A stretch of DNA of 64,000 bases, taken from the sequence record PP856017.1; one strand, written 5' to 3'. A program made the translations under genes and the position numbers. Position 1 is the first letter of the stretch. Every line of letters begins with the position of its first letter. The notes beneath the pieces are model-generated. The model ran no database searches, was not told where the DNA came from, and saw only the letters and a program-made list of their open reading frames with translations. Shown in pieces: positions 1 through 9,506 of this stretch.

Positions 1-29
1 TCTCGGAGTTCAACGAATGTTGGGTCCAT
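1..29 (-). CDS. 5' end of next gene (partial, MDPTFVELR...); by synteny possibly phiKZ gp123-like non-virion RNAP subunit
   Basis: ATG at 29 preceded by GGAG SD on minus strand; runs off window; identity from position only. Confidence 0.35.
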
Positions 30-48
30 GCATTCTCCAAGAGTTATT

Positions 49-1197
49 TCAATTTGAAAACAAGCTTTTCAACGCAACGATGGCTGCCCCCGCACCCATC
101 AGAACGGTGGGAATGAATTTCCACATCTCACTACTGTCCTTCCTTACAGTACTTCTTTCTTCGTAAAAGTCCTTTGTTCTGATCTGCTCAATCTTGGTCT
201 GATGGTCCTCGCGGGCATATCTTCGATTGAGTTCGTTTTCGAAATGCCTGGTTCGACGTTCTTCTTCATCTAGCTGATTCTGCAGAATCAGATTACGCCT
301 CTCCAGATCCAGTTTTTCTCGGTCTTGTTCCGACTTCGCCAGGCTTGATTCTGCCGTGACTTTCTTTCCTTGCAGGTCCAGATGTTTCAGTTCATAACTG
401 AGTTCAACTTCATGCTCAGGTGCAGTACGAGCCTCGGCGAAAGACTTATACAACCACTTTGCATCTGGCATCGACTCAGGTGGGATATAGTCGACGATGT
501 CCTGAATGGGATCGTTCGATGTCTCCATATACCCCCGATACTTCAGATATACGCCATCCCTCTTCAGCGCATTCTTGACAGCATCGATCCGCACAGTCTT
601 CCCAAGTAGCCGCATATACCTGGGTCCAATCCTTTCATGATTGTCGATAATCTCGACTGCCAGACCATTCTCACCCAGGGTCCTCGTCCCCTTAGGTTGT
701 CTGGTCATCGCCTCGAAACAGAACGGATGGAGCGGTATATCATCTTGCTTGGTCGATAAGATTATATCTTGCTCGACCAAGTAGATGGTTCCACCGTTAT
801 CCTTCATGTCCATCGGCGCTATTTCATAATCATACTTCAGGGCTAGGCCATGAGTTTGGTCACGATAAGATCCCAGGAACAGCTTCTCGAACTGACGAAG
901 ATCTTCACTCTTAGGTCCTTCATGACTTATTAGTTTATCCCGAGCAGAATGCTTGACATTATCAGAGAGATACAGTTCTTGACGAACTATGAATGCTTGA
1001 CTAATGCGAGACTGCCTGCTGGGAACATCCAGCACAAAGCCGTTGCGAAAACCCAACTTAATCGTCCTGCCCGAATAGTTGAGGAACTTTGTGTGAATGG
1101 ATACATCGCAGCTTTCATTAACTGAATGCTGGTGGGACGGTGACTCTTTTAGTGGAACCGACAAGAAAGCCGGAACCAATTCCCGGTCAGAATCCAT
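49..1197 (-). CDS. Conserved phiKZ-like hypothetical protein (gp122-like position), coiled-coil with C-terminal hydrophobic tail
   Basis: 382-aa ORF downstream of capsid; E/R/K-rich coiled-coil then FIPTVLMGAGAAIVALKSLF. Confidence 0.7.
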   Translation of the reverse strand: MDSDRELVPAFLSVPLKESPSHQHSVNESCDVSIHTKFLNYSGRTIKLGFRNGFVLDVPSRQSRISQAFIVRQELYLSDNVKHSARDKLISHEGPKSEDLRQFEKLFLGSYRDQTHGLALKYDYEIAPMDMKDNGGTIYLVEQDIILSTKQDDIPLHPFCFEAMTRQPKGTRTLGENGLAVEIIDNHERIGPRYMRLLGKTVRIDAVKNALKRDGVYLKYRGYMETSNDPIQDIVDYIPPESMPDAKWLYKSFAEARTAPEHEVELSYELKHLDLQGKKVTAESSLAKSEQDREKLDLERRNLILQNQLDEEERRTRHFENELNRRYAREDHQTKIEQIRTKDFYEERSTVRKDSSEMWKFIPTVLMGAGAAIVALKSLFSN

Positions 1198-1340
1198 CTT
1201 TTTACGGTCCTACGTTAATGGGCAAATCATCTTAAAATCGTATAAGCAATTATCTAAAACAGTTTGCTTATTCTTCTCAACTTCGGATTAATGATATATT
1301 TGTATAATTCCATTGAATCCGAAATTTGACGGCATAAGTA

Positions 1341-1374
1341 GAATACTCCCTAGGCTTTCGCCTAGGGAGTATTC
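1341..1374 (-). terminator. Hairpin downstream of capsid gene
   Basis: 15-bp perfect stem GAATACTCCCTAGGC/GCCTAGGGAGTATTC, GAAA loop on minus strand. Confidence 0.8.
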
Positions 1375-1457
1375 ATCACCTATGATCGATTAATGGACCC
1401 GAAGGTCCACGCTTCTTTCGTTAGGGATAAGCCTTAACGTACCGAAGTACGCCGGGC

Positions 1458-3719
1458 TCAGCTACCCGACCCGTCCGTACCACCGGTGCCGCCGTCGGTG
1501 GGTTCGAGAAAGGCCGTAGCGTTGGTGACCTCGACACCAAGCGTAGCGCGCATCGAGAGTGCTTCCTGGAGGTTGGTGACCGTGATCACGCCGAGGATCG
1601 GGCACAGCGGGATGTGGCGGAACGACGGGTGAACGATCAGTTCACGCGAGTGGCTGGTACGCGACAGGTTCAGCGCCGCGACGACTTCCGGCTTGTTCAG
1701 CATCATGCCGTGGTCGAGCGGGTGCGGAACGCCCGGGTTGTTGCTCGGGTAGCCCAGCGCGATGAAGATCTTGCCACGCACGCGCAGGTCGGGCGTCCAT
1801 GCCTTCTCGTACGAGAAGTCCGGGCCCATCGTACGCGTATCGCCTTCGACCATCAGGTACTGCGTCAGCACCATGTCGGTACCCAGCTTGACGACCGGAA
1901 GTTGTGCTTCCGTGCCTTCGAGCAGGTTGGCGGCCGCTTGCCAGTTCGACAGCTGCCACAGCTTGTACGCGACGATCTTGCAGGTGTCGGTCAGGATCGC
2001 CGTGATGTCCGAGTAGCGCTCGTGTTGAGCGGTCGTCGTGACGGCTTGCAGCAGGTCGATCGAGACTTCTTGCAGCACCGGTTCGATCAGGTACGACGAG
2101 ATGCCCATGATCTCCGGCTGACGGCCGATGATGTCCGAGCGCTTCGCGTACTGACGCAGCGAGTCGACTTCCGACAGCAGTTGCGTCACAGCCAGGTTCG
2201 ACTGACGGACCTTGCACAGGTACGACAGTGCAGCTGCGTGCAGTGCGTCTTGCGCATCGCCGTTCGTGATCGGACGTTGCACCGACAGCGGGCTGCCGAG
2301 CGAGACGCCGTAGATCTGGCGATACGTGTTGAAGTCAGCCAGCTGGCCGAGTTCACGCAAGTTCGAGTTCACGCGACGAGCGTCGATGTCCACGCCGATG
2401 ATCTGGCCGCTTTGCAGCAGCGTCACCATCGCAGCTTGACCTGCGTCCGTCACGGACAGCGACGTACCAGCCGCGTTCTTGATCGTGTTGACGACGATCG
2501 AGCCCGAGATGATTTCGTACGACGAGTCCTGCAGGTTGATGTCGCCGCGCACCGAGAACGACAGCCATGCCGTGTTCGCGTTTTCGCCTTGGAAGGCGGT
2601 CAGCAGCGTCGAAGCCGAGCCGTTGAACAGCGTCGTGTTCGGACCCACCACGGCCGAATCGGTCGTGAATTGCAGATCCATACGGCGCGTTTGGCCTTGC
2701 AGCGCTTCCGTGAACTGGTTCAGCGGGCTGTTGGTCGTGTCGAAACGGACCACTTCCTTCTTGCTGCCGTCGGCGTTCGAGAACACGACGTACACGCCCT
2801 TGAGCACAGCACCCGGGTCCAGCGCGTCGGTCTGATCCAGCACGCCCTTGGCCAGCTGCGTGTCGGTCAGCGCCAGGCGGAACAGCGAAGCGCGGTAGTT
2901 CGTCTTCAGCGGCGCCGTCTGGATCGTTTCACCTTCGTCGGTCACAGCCGCGTACGGTGCGACGAGCGTCGGATCGACGAACGCGTCGGTCGTCTGCGTG
3001 CGAACGACCGGGATGATCTTCAGCGTGTCGTTCTTCAGGATCGTCGAGTCGATTTCCGCATTGACGATGTTCTTGCGGTTGTAGTCGGTCAGACGCTGTT
3101 CGAGTTCGAAGCGAACTTGATCGTACACGGAAATCAGCGGGATTTCCATTTCGATCGCGTACTGGTCCGGCGACAGGTTCACCGTCTTGTAGAACATTTC
3201 GCCGAAGCGGTTCTGCGTGGCGGTGGCGAGCGCGAAAGCTGCCGTGAAGTTCAGCGTTTCGTCGTTCGGCTTCGTGTCGTACGCTTCCAGCGAGCGCTTG
3301 CCGAGCTTTGCCGGGTCCAGACCGCTGTTGTCCGGGATGAAGACTTCCATCGCGTTGCGGCCCTTCAGGTTCTTCAACTCGGCACGGCGTGCGAGCGATT
3401 CCTTCGGGTTCATCGCCGAGGCGAGTGCGAACGTGACAGCTTCGCGCTGCACATCGCTGACCTTGACGCCGAGCTTGGCGCCGTCCATCTTGAAGAAGGA
3501 CTCGACGCTGGCCATCACGCCGTCGAGCATGCCGCGCGCGGCTTGTTCGATGTCCGGGGAGAACGATTCGTTCGAGACGAGTGCCCGGCCGAGTTCGGCG
3601 TCGGGGCGAAGGGTGCCTTCTTTACGAAGGCTTTCGACCATGGCAAATGCGGCGCCAGCCACATTCACATGTTCCTGGTCCGCACGCTTTGCGAACTTCG
3701 AAGTGGAAACGAAAGACAT
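1458..3719 (-). CDS. Major capsid protein (phiKZ gp120-like)
   Basis: 753 aa, extreme codon bias, GAGG SD, propeptide with S-x-E site (RSLE/AYD ~aa145), next to DnaB as in phiKZ. Confidence 0.9.
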   Translation of the reverse strand: MSFVSTSKFAKRADQEHVNVAGAAFAMVESLRKEGTLRPDAELGRALVSNESFSPDIEQAARGMLDGVMASVESFFKMDGAKLGVKVSDVQREAVTFALASAMNPKESLARRAELKNLKGRNAMEVFIPDNSGLDPAKLGKRSLEAYDTKPNDETLNFTAAFALATATQNRFGEMFYKTVNLSPDQYAIEMEIPLISVYDQVRFELEQRLTDYNRKNIVNAEIDSTILKNDTLKIIPVVRTQTTDAFVDPTLVAPYAAVTDEGETIQTAPLKTNYRASLFRLALTDTQLAKGVLDQTDALDPGAVLKGVYVVFSNADGSKKEVVRFDTTNSPLNQFTEALQGQTRRMDLQFTTDSAVVGPNTTLFNGSASTLLTAFQGENANTAWLSFSVRGDINLQDSSYEIISGSIVVNTIKNAAGTSLSVTDAGQAAMVTLLQSGQIIGVDIDARRVNSNLRELGQLADFNTYRQIYGVSLGSPLSVQRPITNGDAQDALHAAALSYLCKVRQSNLAVTQLLSEVDSLRQYAKRSDIIGRQPEIMGISSYLIEPVLQEVSIDLLQAVTTTAQHERYSDITAILTDTCKIVAYKLWQLSNWQAAANLLEGTEAQLPVVKLGTDMVLTQYLMVEGDTRTMGPDFSYEKAWTPDLRVRGKIFIALGYPSNNPGVPHPLDHGMMLNKPEVVAALNLSRTSHSRELIVHPSFRHIPLCPILGVITVTNLQEALSMRATLGVEVTNATAFLEPTDGGTGGTDGSGS

Positions 3720-3831
3720 GTTGGATTACCTCTTATTCCTAGGAAAAAGGTTTTCTGACGAAAACTGCGATCTTGTACAAAACCGGTTTTGGCAGTGATT
3801 ACCACCAAATTATTGAGACGATGTTGAGTTT

Positions 3832-4473
3832 TTATTTCAAGAGATCCAGTTCGGTGAGATACCACTCGAACCAGTTCGTCTTATGCACCACGTTCAAGTC
3901 GTAGTACATTTGCAGCTTCTCGATCACAGAACGCAGGATCGCGAGACGCAGCTCTTCTTTGCGGTTGAAAATCGCCGGCGAAAGAATTCCCTGATTGAGG
4001 GCCACAACAATCAGTTTGTTCGATGCCGAATAAACGCTATAAGATTGATGAAGATCAACCTTGTTGTTTGCGTCTTGCTTCAGGTGGTCCAGAACATACT
4101 GTTCCACCAGCTTGCCACTGTAAACCTTGTTGTCGGCCAATTCCGACATCTGGTTCTTCGCATACGTATCTGCGTCAGTTCCGTTCCGGCTCACTCCCGA
4201 ATCTTCCGGGAAGTACCAGGTGTAACCGAGGCTCTTGGTATACTTCTGGTTACGATCCGTAACATGCGGGATCGTACCATTAGTCCAGAAGATGGACAAA
4301 CCATCTCCGGAGAAACTGTCGAGCGCAACCAGCTGCTCTTGCGTGAACCACTGACGCATCAGCGAGAAGTTGACGACATCTTCGGGTTTGCCTTTTTTGG
4401 CAAGTTGCTTGTAAGCCCAGTCCGGGATCACGACAACCTGTTCGCCAGGCCGTGTGTTCATGAATACGGTCAT
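3832..4473 (-). CDS. Virion-associated protein (phiKZ gp119-like position)
   Basis: ORF between capsid and helicase; likely start MTVFMN at 4473. Confidence 0.7.
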   Translation of the reverse strand: MTVFMNTRPGEQVVVIPDWAYKQLAKKGKPEDVVNFSLMRQWFTQEQLVALDSFSGDGLSIFWTNGTIPHVTDRNQKYTKSLGYTWYFPEDSGVSRNGTDADTYAKNQMSELADNKVYSGKLVEQYVLDHLKQDANNKVDLHQSYSVYSASNKLIVVALNQGILSPAIFNRKEELRLAILRSVIEKLQMYYDLNVVHKTNWFEWYLTELDLLK

Positions 4474-4570
4474 GAGATCGCCTTTATCCGGTATGAAAAT
4501 AAAATAAAAAACTTGCCCGTTCTTATTTGAACGCTGCAACAGAAAACCGACTAACTGCAGGTCTGGAACA

Positions 4571-6094
4571 ATGACCCCAAGACTACTACTTCTCAAGATC
4601 GTCACGCTCCTGCACCTCGAATCTCAAATCGAGGGCGATTCTGCGCGATCGTCCGACCTAGCCTCAGAGCTACTCGCTACGGTCAAAATCCCTGAGGCCG
4701 ACGTGGGCCTCATAGACAGTGAACGAGAGATCATTGGCTCGCTCTACAACATATGTCGCAAACTCGCCAACGCCACGCCGGGCGATGAAATGGATAAGTC
4801 GGACCTCCTTCAGGAAGTCCGTTTGCATTGCGGCACAGAGATCGATTTGTACGAATCCTTTAAGGAAGGAATCGTCCTCGAACTATCACAAGATGGTCTC
4901 AAAAAGCGCGTCAGTCACATCCGTAAAGAACTGAAAGGTTATCTTCATTACGAAGGTACCAAGAAGAAGATTATGGATACGGCCCATGCGCTTCGTTTCA
5001 AAGAGAATTCGATTGAGGATATGGATGCGTATCTTCGCGAATTCTCAACGAACATCGAGTCGTCGCTCAGTAAGTCCAACAAGAAAGATGAAGCCATTCT
5101 CGGCGCTATCGATATGTCGGATAAAGAGACTGTCGTCAAAGCTGCCTGTGCAGTAGCTGACGAGCAGAGCGGTGCAGGCAAGCTTAAGTTTCACCTGCAA
5201 GATCTGAACGACATGTTAAATGGCGGTCAGCGTCGTGGAGAGTTTCTCTGTACATCGGCGTTGCCTCACAACAACAAGACGGGTTTCTCGCTGGATTGCT
5301 TTGCAGGTGTTGCAATCAACAACGATCCGTACCTGTTTGACGCCAAGAAAAAGCCTTTGCTTCTGCGCATCTCGTTCGAAGATGACGTGGAAATGAATTT
5401 CAACCACCTCTACAAGCATTTCTGGGAACAGGAATATGGCGAGGTGGCTGTGATGACTGGCAAATCGGAAGACGACATCGCTCAGTACGTCATGGACAAG
5501 TTGACTGCGCGCGGCTGGCATGTCCGGTTGTACAAAGTCGATCCTTCGATGTGGTCGATCTTTGACCTCTTTGCTTTCGTGCGTGAACTGGAAGCAGAAG
5601 GCTATGAGATCGCCATGTGTATGCTGGACTACATGCGTAAGATGCCGACGACGGGTTGTGTGCAGGGGGTGGCTGGTGCCGACATTCGCGACATGGCGCG
5701 TCGTTGCCGTAACTTCTTCAACGCACGTAAGATCGCATTCTTCACACCTCACCAGGTTTCCACGCAAGCTAAGGAAATCCAGCGTAGTGTGCCGAAGGAC
5801 TTCGTCAAGATGTTGCCGGGTGGTGGTTACTACGATGGTTGTAAGAGTCTGGATGCGGAAATCGATATCGAACTCTTCCAGCACATCGAAAAGCACAATG
5901 GTCATTCGTATCTGACCTTGCAACGCGGCAAGCATCGCGGGGCTCCTGTGCTGCCTGACGATCAGAAATACCTTGTCTATCAGTTCTACGACATCGGTGG
6001 CATTCCTCCTGACATTGGAGGAGAGCGTACTGGTCTTCGTAAGGTGGGCGGCAAGCGTGCTTCGGAAGCAGAAACCGACTTCGACTGGCTGTAA
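4571..6094 (+). CDS. dnaB: DnaB-like replicative helicase (phiKZ gp118-like)
   Basis: deviant Walker A SALPHNNKT, Walker B MLDYM, PHQ motif, RGKHRG arginine-finger region. Confidence 0.9.
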   Translation: MTPRLLLLKIVTLLHLESQIEGDSARSSDLASELLATVKIPEADVGLIDSEREIIGSLYNICRKLANATPGDEMDKSDLLQEVRLHCGTEIDLYESFKEGIVLELSQDGLKKRVSHIRKELKGYLHYEGTKKKIMDTAHALRFKENSIEDMDAYLREFSTNIESSLSKSNKKDEAILGAIDMSDKETVVKAACAVADEQSGAGKLKFHLQDLNDMLNGGQRRGEFLCTSALPHNNKTGFSLDCFAGVAINNDPYLFDAKKKPLLLRISFEDDVEMNFNHLYKHFWEQEYGEVAVMTGKSEDDIAQYVMDKLTARGWHVRLYKVDPSMWSIFDLFAFVRELEAEGYEIAMCMLDYMRKMPTTGCVQGVAGADIRDMARRCRNFFNARKIAFFTPHQVSTQAKEIQRSVPKDFVKMLPGGGYYDGCKSLDAEIDIELFQHIEKHNGHSYLTLQRGKHRGAPVLPDDQKYLVYQFYDIGGIPPDIGGERTGLRKVGGKRASEAETDFDWL

Positions 6095-6110
6095 AAAAGC
6101 AAAAAAAATA

Positions 6111-6145
6111 AGAGTCCCTACTCCCGCAAGGGAGTAGGGTGCTCT
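6111..6145. terminator. Bidirectional terminator between convergent genes
   Basis: CCCTACTCCC-GCAA-GGGAGTAGGG with flanking A-tract. Confidence 0.8.
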
Positions 6146-6148
6146 GGC

Positions 6149-7141
6149 TTATGCTGCCGGATTTCGAATCAACCGAACACCGTTAGCACCGACACCGGAT
6201 CTGAGGAGACCTTTGACTTCTACGACGATCTCTTTATCGATGATCGGACCATGTTCGCCAACAGCCAGAAAACGTTCAAGATAATACTGTTCCAGAAGCG
6301 CCAGGATAAAATCCTTACCAGCACCTGACTTCTTCATGGCTTCCTGAACGATATACTGCTGCCCTCGATCGGCATTATACCAGATCGCCTCAACCAGACA
6401 CTGGCTCGCACTGTCATCGTTATAACGTAACGCGTTAAAACAAAGAATTGCGAACTCGTGTTCTTTACGACGCCGTTCGTTCTTTTCTTCCTGTCGTTTT
6501 GACACAACAGATTCCGCAGGCGCCAGAGGAGGTTCAGCTGGTTCTTCCTTAACCATGGGCTCGACGGGTTCTGGAGGTAGTTCCGGTACAGTTTCACCAC
6601 GCCATTCAATGATGTCGGCAGGATCGTAGTGGGACTCATCTGGCAATACGTTCGAGTAAATACTCTCGGCTGTATTTTCTTTCCTCCAGAAGCTTTGAGG
6701 AAAGTCATCCAAAAAAGGATTAGCGTCCGGATTCAGAAAACGTTTTCTCGAACGATAGCGAGCCTGATACATCATGATCCTTGACAGGATTTCAGGATAC
6801 AGCGCGAACTGCCCTCCACGATAAGCATATGCTCCGGTAGTGTAAAACACTTTCTTTCGGAACATCTGCTTGAATTCATTCTGGTAACTGACGTCCTTAC
6901 TGTTTCGAACGATGTTGCCATGTGCTCGGTCGATGGCGTCTTCCAGGCTTCGGAAGAGATACTTTTTATTGTTCGCCAACCACAGGACACCGAAGATAGC
7001 TTCCCGCAAATTCGACACTCCGGTCTCAATGACCTTAACGAATTCGATTGCGGTTTTGTGAATGGTTTCCTGATCAGGACGAATCTTCGAATTCTCTTCC
7101 TGAAACACTTCGTCATCAAGGTAATCTGTTTTTTCCATGTT
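6149..7141 (-). CDS. Hypothetical protein, two helical domains with Pro/Glu-rich linker
   Basis: ORF with AAGAGG SD before MEKTDY. Confidence 0.75.
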   Translation of the reverse strand, partial: NMEKTDYLDDEVFQEENSKIRPDQETIHKTAIEFVKVIETGVSNLREAIFGVLWLANNKKYLFRSLEDAIDRAHGNIVRNSKDVSYQNEFKQMFRKKVFYTTGAYAYRGGQFALYPEILSRIMMYQARYRSRKRFLNPDANPFLDDFPQSFWRKENTAESIYSNVLPDESHYDPADIIEWRGETVPELPPEPVEPMVKEEPAEPPLAPAESVVSKRQEEKNERRRKEHEFAILCFNALRYNDDSASQCLVEAIWYNADRGQQYIVQEAMKKSGAGKDFILALLEQYYLERFLAVGEHGPIIDKEIVVEVKGLLRSGVGANGVRLIRNPAA

Positions 7142-7172
7142 GTTCCTCTTAGCCCATTGTAAAAAAATAATA

Positions 7173-7208
7173 ATCATAGACAGATGCCCGAAGGCATCTG
7201 TCTATGAT
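7173..7208 (-). terminator. Terminator closing winged-helix gene array
   Basis: 16-bp stem, UUCG loop on minus strand, followed by TATTATTTTTTT. Confidence 0.85.
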
Positions 7209-7216
7209 CAGAAAGG

Positions 7217-7408
7217 TTAACTGCCTTTAACTTTGTTACGCTGCATCAAGCTAATCATCCGTTTGTAGACTTCGACGAAGGTAAAACGATACCCTGCTTT
7301 AGCCAAAGCGTTTTCCACATCTTCGGCTGGAGTCAAGATACCGTTCTTCTCCATCGTTTCCAGGATGATCTTCTCGATCTTGAACTCATCGAGATCACTC
7401 TGATGCAT
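7217..7408 (-). CDS. Small winged-helix-like protein
   Basis: 63 aa, GAGGT SD, EVYKRMISLMQRNKV helix pattern. Confidence 0.6.
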   Translation of the reverse strand: MHQSDLDEFKIEKIILETMEKNGILTPAEDVENALAKAGYRFTFVEVYKRMISLMQRNKVKGS

Positions 7409-7796
7409 CTTTCACCTCAGCGGACGCCGACACCGCCGGTTCGACAGGCACCATGTACTCACCGATCAATTCCATCATGCTGTCGGTCAGAACGTAGCCC
7501 TTCTTTGTGGGATGAGCCACGCCGTCCACATGCAACTCCACCAGCAGGTTGCTGATATTCAGCTGGGGCATGAAGACCTTGCCCTGGTTGAGAGCCTTCA
7601 GAAGCAGGTTCTCGTTGATCGGTTTGTTACCGCCCTTGTACAGCGTACGGACGATGAAGCCGGAAGCCGTGATGTTCGCGTGGCCGCCGAATTCAATTGC
7701 CGCGAGAGAACCGATCGATTCTTCGGAACGAAAGCATGCTGCCGCCATGGTCTGAATACGCTTAAAGCCCTTGGCGTTTCTGTCGATTTTTAACAT
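7395..7796 (-). CDS. Winged-helix-like protein (start uncertain, 7796 or 7748)
   Basis: ISNLLVELHVDGVAHPTKKGYVLT recognition helix + wing. Confidence 0.65.
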   Translation of the reverse strand: MLKIDRNAKGFKRIQTMAAACFRSEESIGSLAAIEFGGHANITASGFIVRTLYKGGNKPINENLLLKALNQGKVFMPQLNISNLLVELHVDGVAHPTKKGYVLTDSMMELIGEYMVPVEPAVSASAEVKDASE

Positions 7797-8124
7797 TTTT
7801 AAGTGTAGCCTCCAAAATAAGTTCTCGCATTTCTGCCGAGAGTTTGAACATGCCGCCGTGAAGTGATACCACCACACCATGTTCAGTCAAAAACCGTAAC
7901 GTCTTTTTCACGTTGTAGTCGGTCGCGCTTGTAATTTTGCCACGACGCAAGTCAATGGCTACCTGGATGAAGTTCTGGGGTTGCTCAGGATCGAGCAACA
8001 ACCTTTTAATCACCAAGGCATGCAGCCCGCCCTGAGGATTATCCACTGCCGTTGAAAGCGCGACGAGTTCACGCACGGCCAAGTCCCACCTGTTTAACTT
8101 AGGTTTTTCTTTCAGGGCAGGCAT
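7762..8124 (-). CDS. Winged-helix-like protein
   Basis: AGGAG SD; VKKTLRFLTEHGVVVSLHGGMFKLS. Confidence 0.7.
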   Translation of the reverse strand: MPALKEKPKLNRWDLAVRELVALSTAVDNPQGGLHALVIKRLLLDPEQPQNFIQVAIDLRRGKITSATDYNVKKTLRFLTEHGVVVSLHGGMFKLSAEMRELILEATLKNVKNRQKRQGL

Positions 8125-8132
8125 GACAACTC

Positions 8133-8480
8133 CTAGTGGCGAATAGCCTTGCTTGCATGACTTGTGACCGATTCCAGCACGATCAGCATGTCTGAATGCA
8201 AACGATACATGACCAGAGGAATTTCCGTGTGAGTCGAAAGAATCCCCTGGTTGGCGAGTTCGATGCAGGCGTTCTGAACCATCTGAATCGTGTGCTCGCT
8301 TTCGGTCTTATAGATCAGAGACGTCAGCATTGCCGGTGAACGGGTGGCGGGTGTACCCGATGCACTCGACAGATACAGACAGTGAACAATGCGAGTCTTC
8401 GCGTCCCAACCTTCATGGGGGGCTTCGGAGATGATCTTCTCAGCCATCTGGGTACGCCACATGCTTTTTGCTGTGAACAT
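8133..8480 (-). CDS. Winged-helix-like protein
   Basis: AGGA SD; VQNACIELANQGILST...MYRLH. Confidence 0.7.
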   Translation of the reverse strand: MFTAKSMWRTQMAEKIISEAPHEGWDAKTRIVHCLYLSSASGTPATRSPAMLTSLIYKTESEHTIQMVQNACIELANQGILSTHTEIPLVMYRLHSDMLIVLESVTSHASKAIRH

Positions 8481-8483
8481 TTC

Positions 8484-9041
8484 TCAGTCCTTATAAAAGA
8501 TTTCTTGTTTCTCGATCTCGCCGAGGAGAATTGCAGCTTCCTCGCGAGAGAGCCGGACGCCGCCGCAGTAAACTTCCTTGATATCAGGATAGTTTTCTAG
8601 CAGCCAGGGAACATGCTTGTTGAACTGCGCCAGATCTTGAAGAGTGATCTCGTTGCCCTTGATCTTGACATTAGCTTCCAGGAACGACGTACTTTCAATT
8701 ACGCGTCCTTTCACGCTCTTACTCATCAGCTTCGCGAACTCGATGGTGAATTGATAAAAGGTCGGGCGATTAACCACTGCCGCGCCAGACGGTTGCCAGA
8801 TTTTAATAATCCCAGCTTCGACGAGATCCTGTATAGCAATTTCGATTTCCGTCGTCGAATACTTCTGACCCGTCATCGTCAAACGGCCAAACAAATTGCC
8901 TTGCTCGCGCCCATTCGGCAATGAGGTAGCACTCGCTACATCTTTGACTACTGCTTCTTCAACCGACTGAGGCTGATAGACCGGATCGGAAGCAACAGTG
9001 GCGAGTTTACGGATGAGTTCGTGTGTATCAGATTCATTCAT
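8484..9041 (-). CDS. Winged-helix-like protein with C-terminal extra domain
   Basis: AGGAG SD; IEIAIQDLVEAGIIKIW...FYQFT. Confidence 0.7.
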   Translation of the reverse strand: MNESDTHELIRKLATVASDPVYQPQSVEEAVVKDVASATSLPNGREQGNLFGRLTMTGQKYSTTEIEIAIQDLVEAGIIKIWQPSGAAVVNRPTFYQFTIEFAKLMSKSVKGRVIESTSFLEANVKIKGNEITLQDLAQFNKHVPWLLENYPDIKEVYCGGVRLSREEAAILLGEIEKQEIFYKD

Positions 9042-9090
9042 TTTAGCTCCTGAAAAGGAATTGTAAAGTTTACAGCAGGTATTCACGACA

Positions 9091-9110
9091 GTTATATATG
9101 TCTGAAATAA
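9091..9110 (-). promoter_or_regulatory. Putative phage early (virion RNAP) promoter
   Basis: TTATTTCAGACATATATAAC matches the recurrent TTTCA-N2/3-ATATATWAC motif, similar to phiKZ TATATTAC. Confidence 0.6.
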
Positions 9111-9120
9111 AATGCATAGT

Positions 9121-9152
9121 CATACCACTCTGGCTCACGCCAGAGTGGTATG
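9121..9152 (-). terminator. Intergenic hairpin
   Basis: 14-bp stem CATACCACTCTGGC/GCCAGAGTGGTATG. Confidence 0.75.
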
Positions 9153-9159
9153 GTAGCGC

Positions 9160-9480
9160 TTATGCAGCAATTTTAAAATTACAAATACGGTCGATCTCCA
9201 GCCTCGTCCTCAAACGCAGACGCGACTCCTTATGCAAGCGAACGTGATTGATGGAGAAGATCCGGCGCTCGACCAGATATCCTTCCGGAACCACGAAGCG
9301 GCTCTTCAGGTAACCCCGTTTTTCGAGATTCTCCAACTCTTCCATGAGACCATCTGCGTGCAATTTCCCCATTGCATCGCGAATCATGTCGGATGAAGTT
9401 TTCTCAACCCCGTAAGGTGCTTTGAGAAGATCCAGAATCAGTTCTTCACGCACCGTTAATTTTTGCTGGTCCAGTTCCAT
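9160..9480 (-). CDS. Winged-helix-like protein
   Basis: LMEELENLEKRGYLKSRF...RRIFSIN. Confidence 0.75.
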   Translation of the reverse strand: MELDQQKLTVREELILDLLKAPYGVEKTSSDMIRDAMGKLHADGLMEELENLEKRGYLKSRFVVPEGYLVERRIFSINHVRLHKESRLRLRTRLEIDRICNFKIAA

Positions 9481-9506
9481 TTTCTAAGGTCTCGTAATAG
9501 TTCTTG

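Noticed and set aside
1614-3758. 714-aa plus-strand ORF antisense to the capsid gene (likewise 47989-49395, 53378-56302, 31133-32797, 35747-38035, 50009-51891)
   Set aside because: Shadow ORFs: the strong codon bias of the true genes avoids TTA/CTA/TCA, which removes antisense stops; the translations are R/V/D-rich and motif-free
4571-6094. Intein in DnaB
   Set aside because: Length is normal for a phiKZ-type helicase and no splicing motifs are visible
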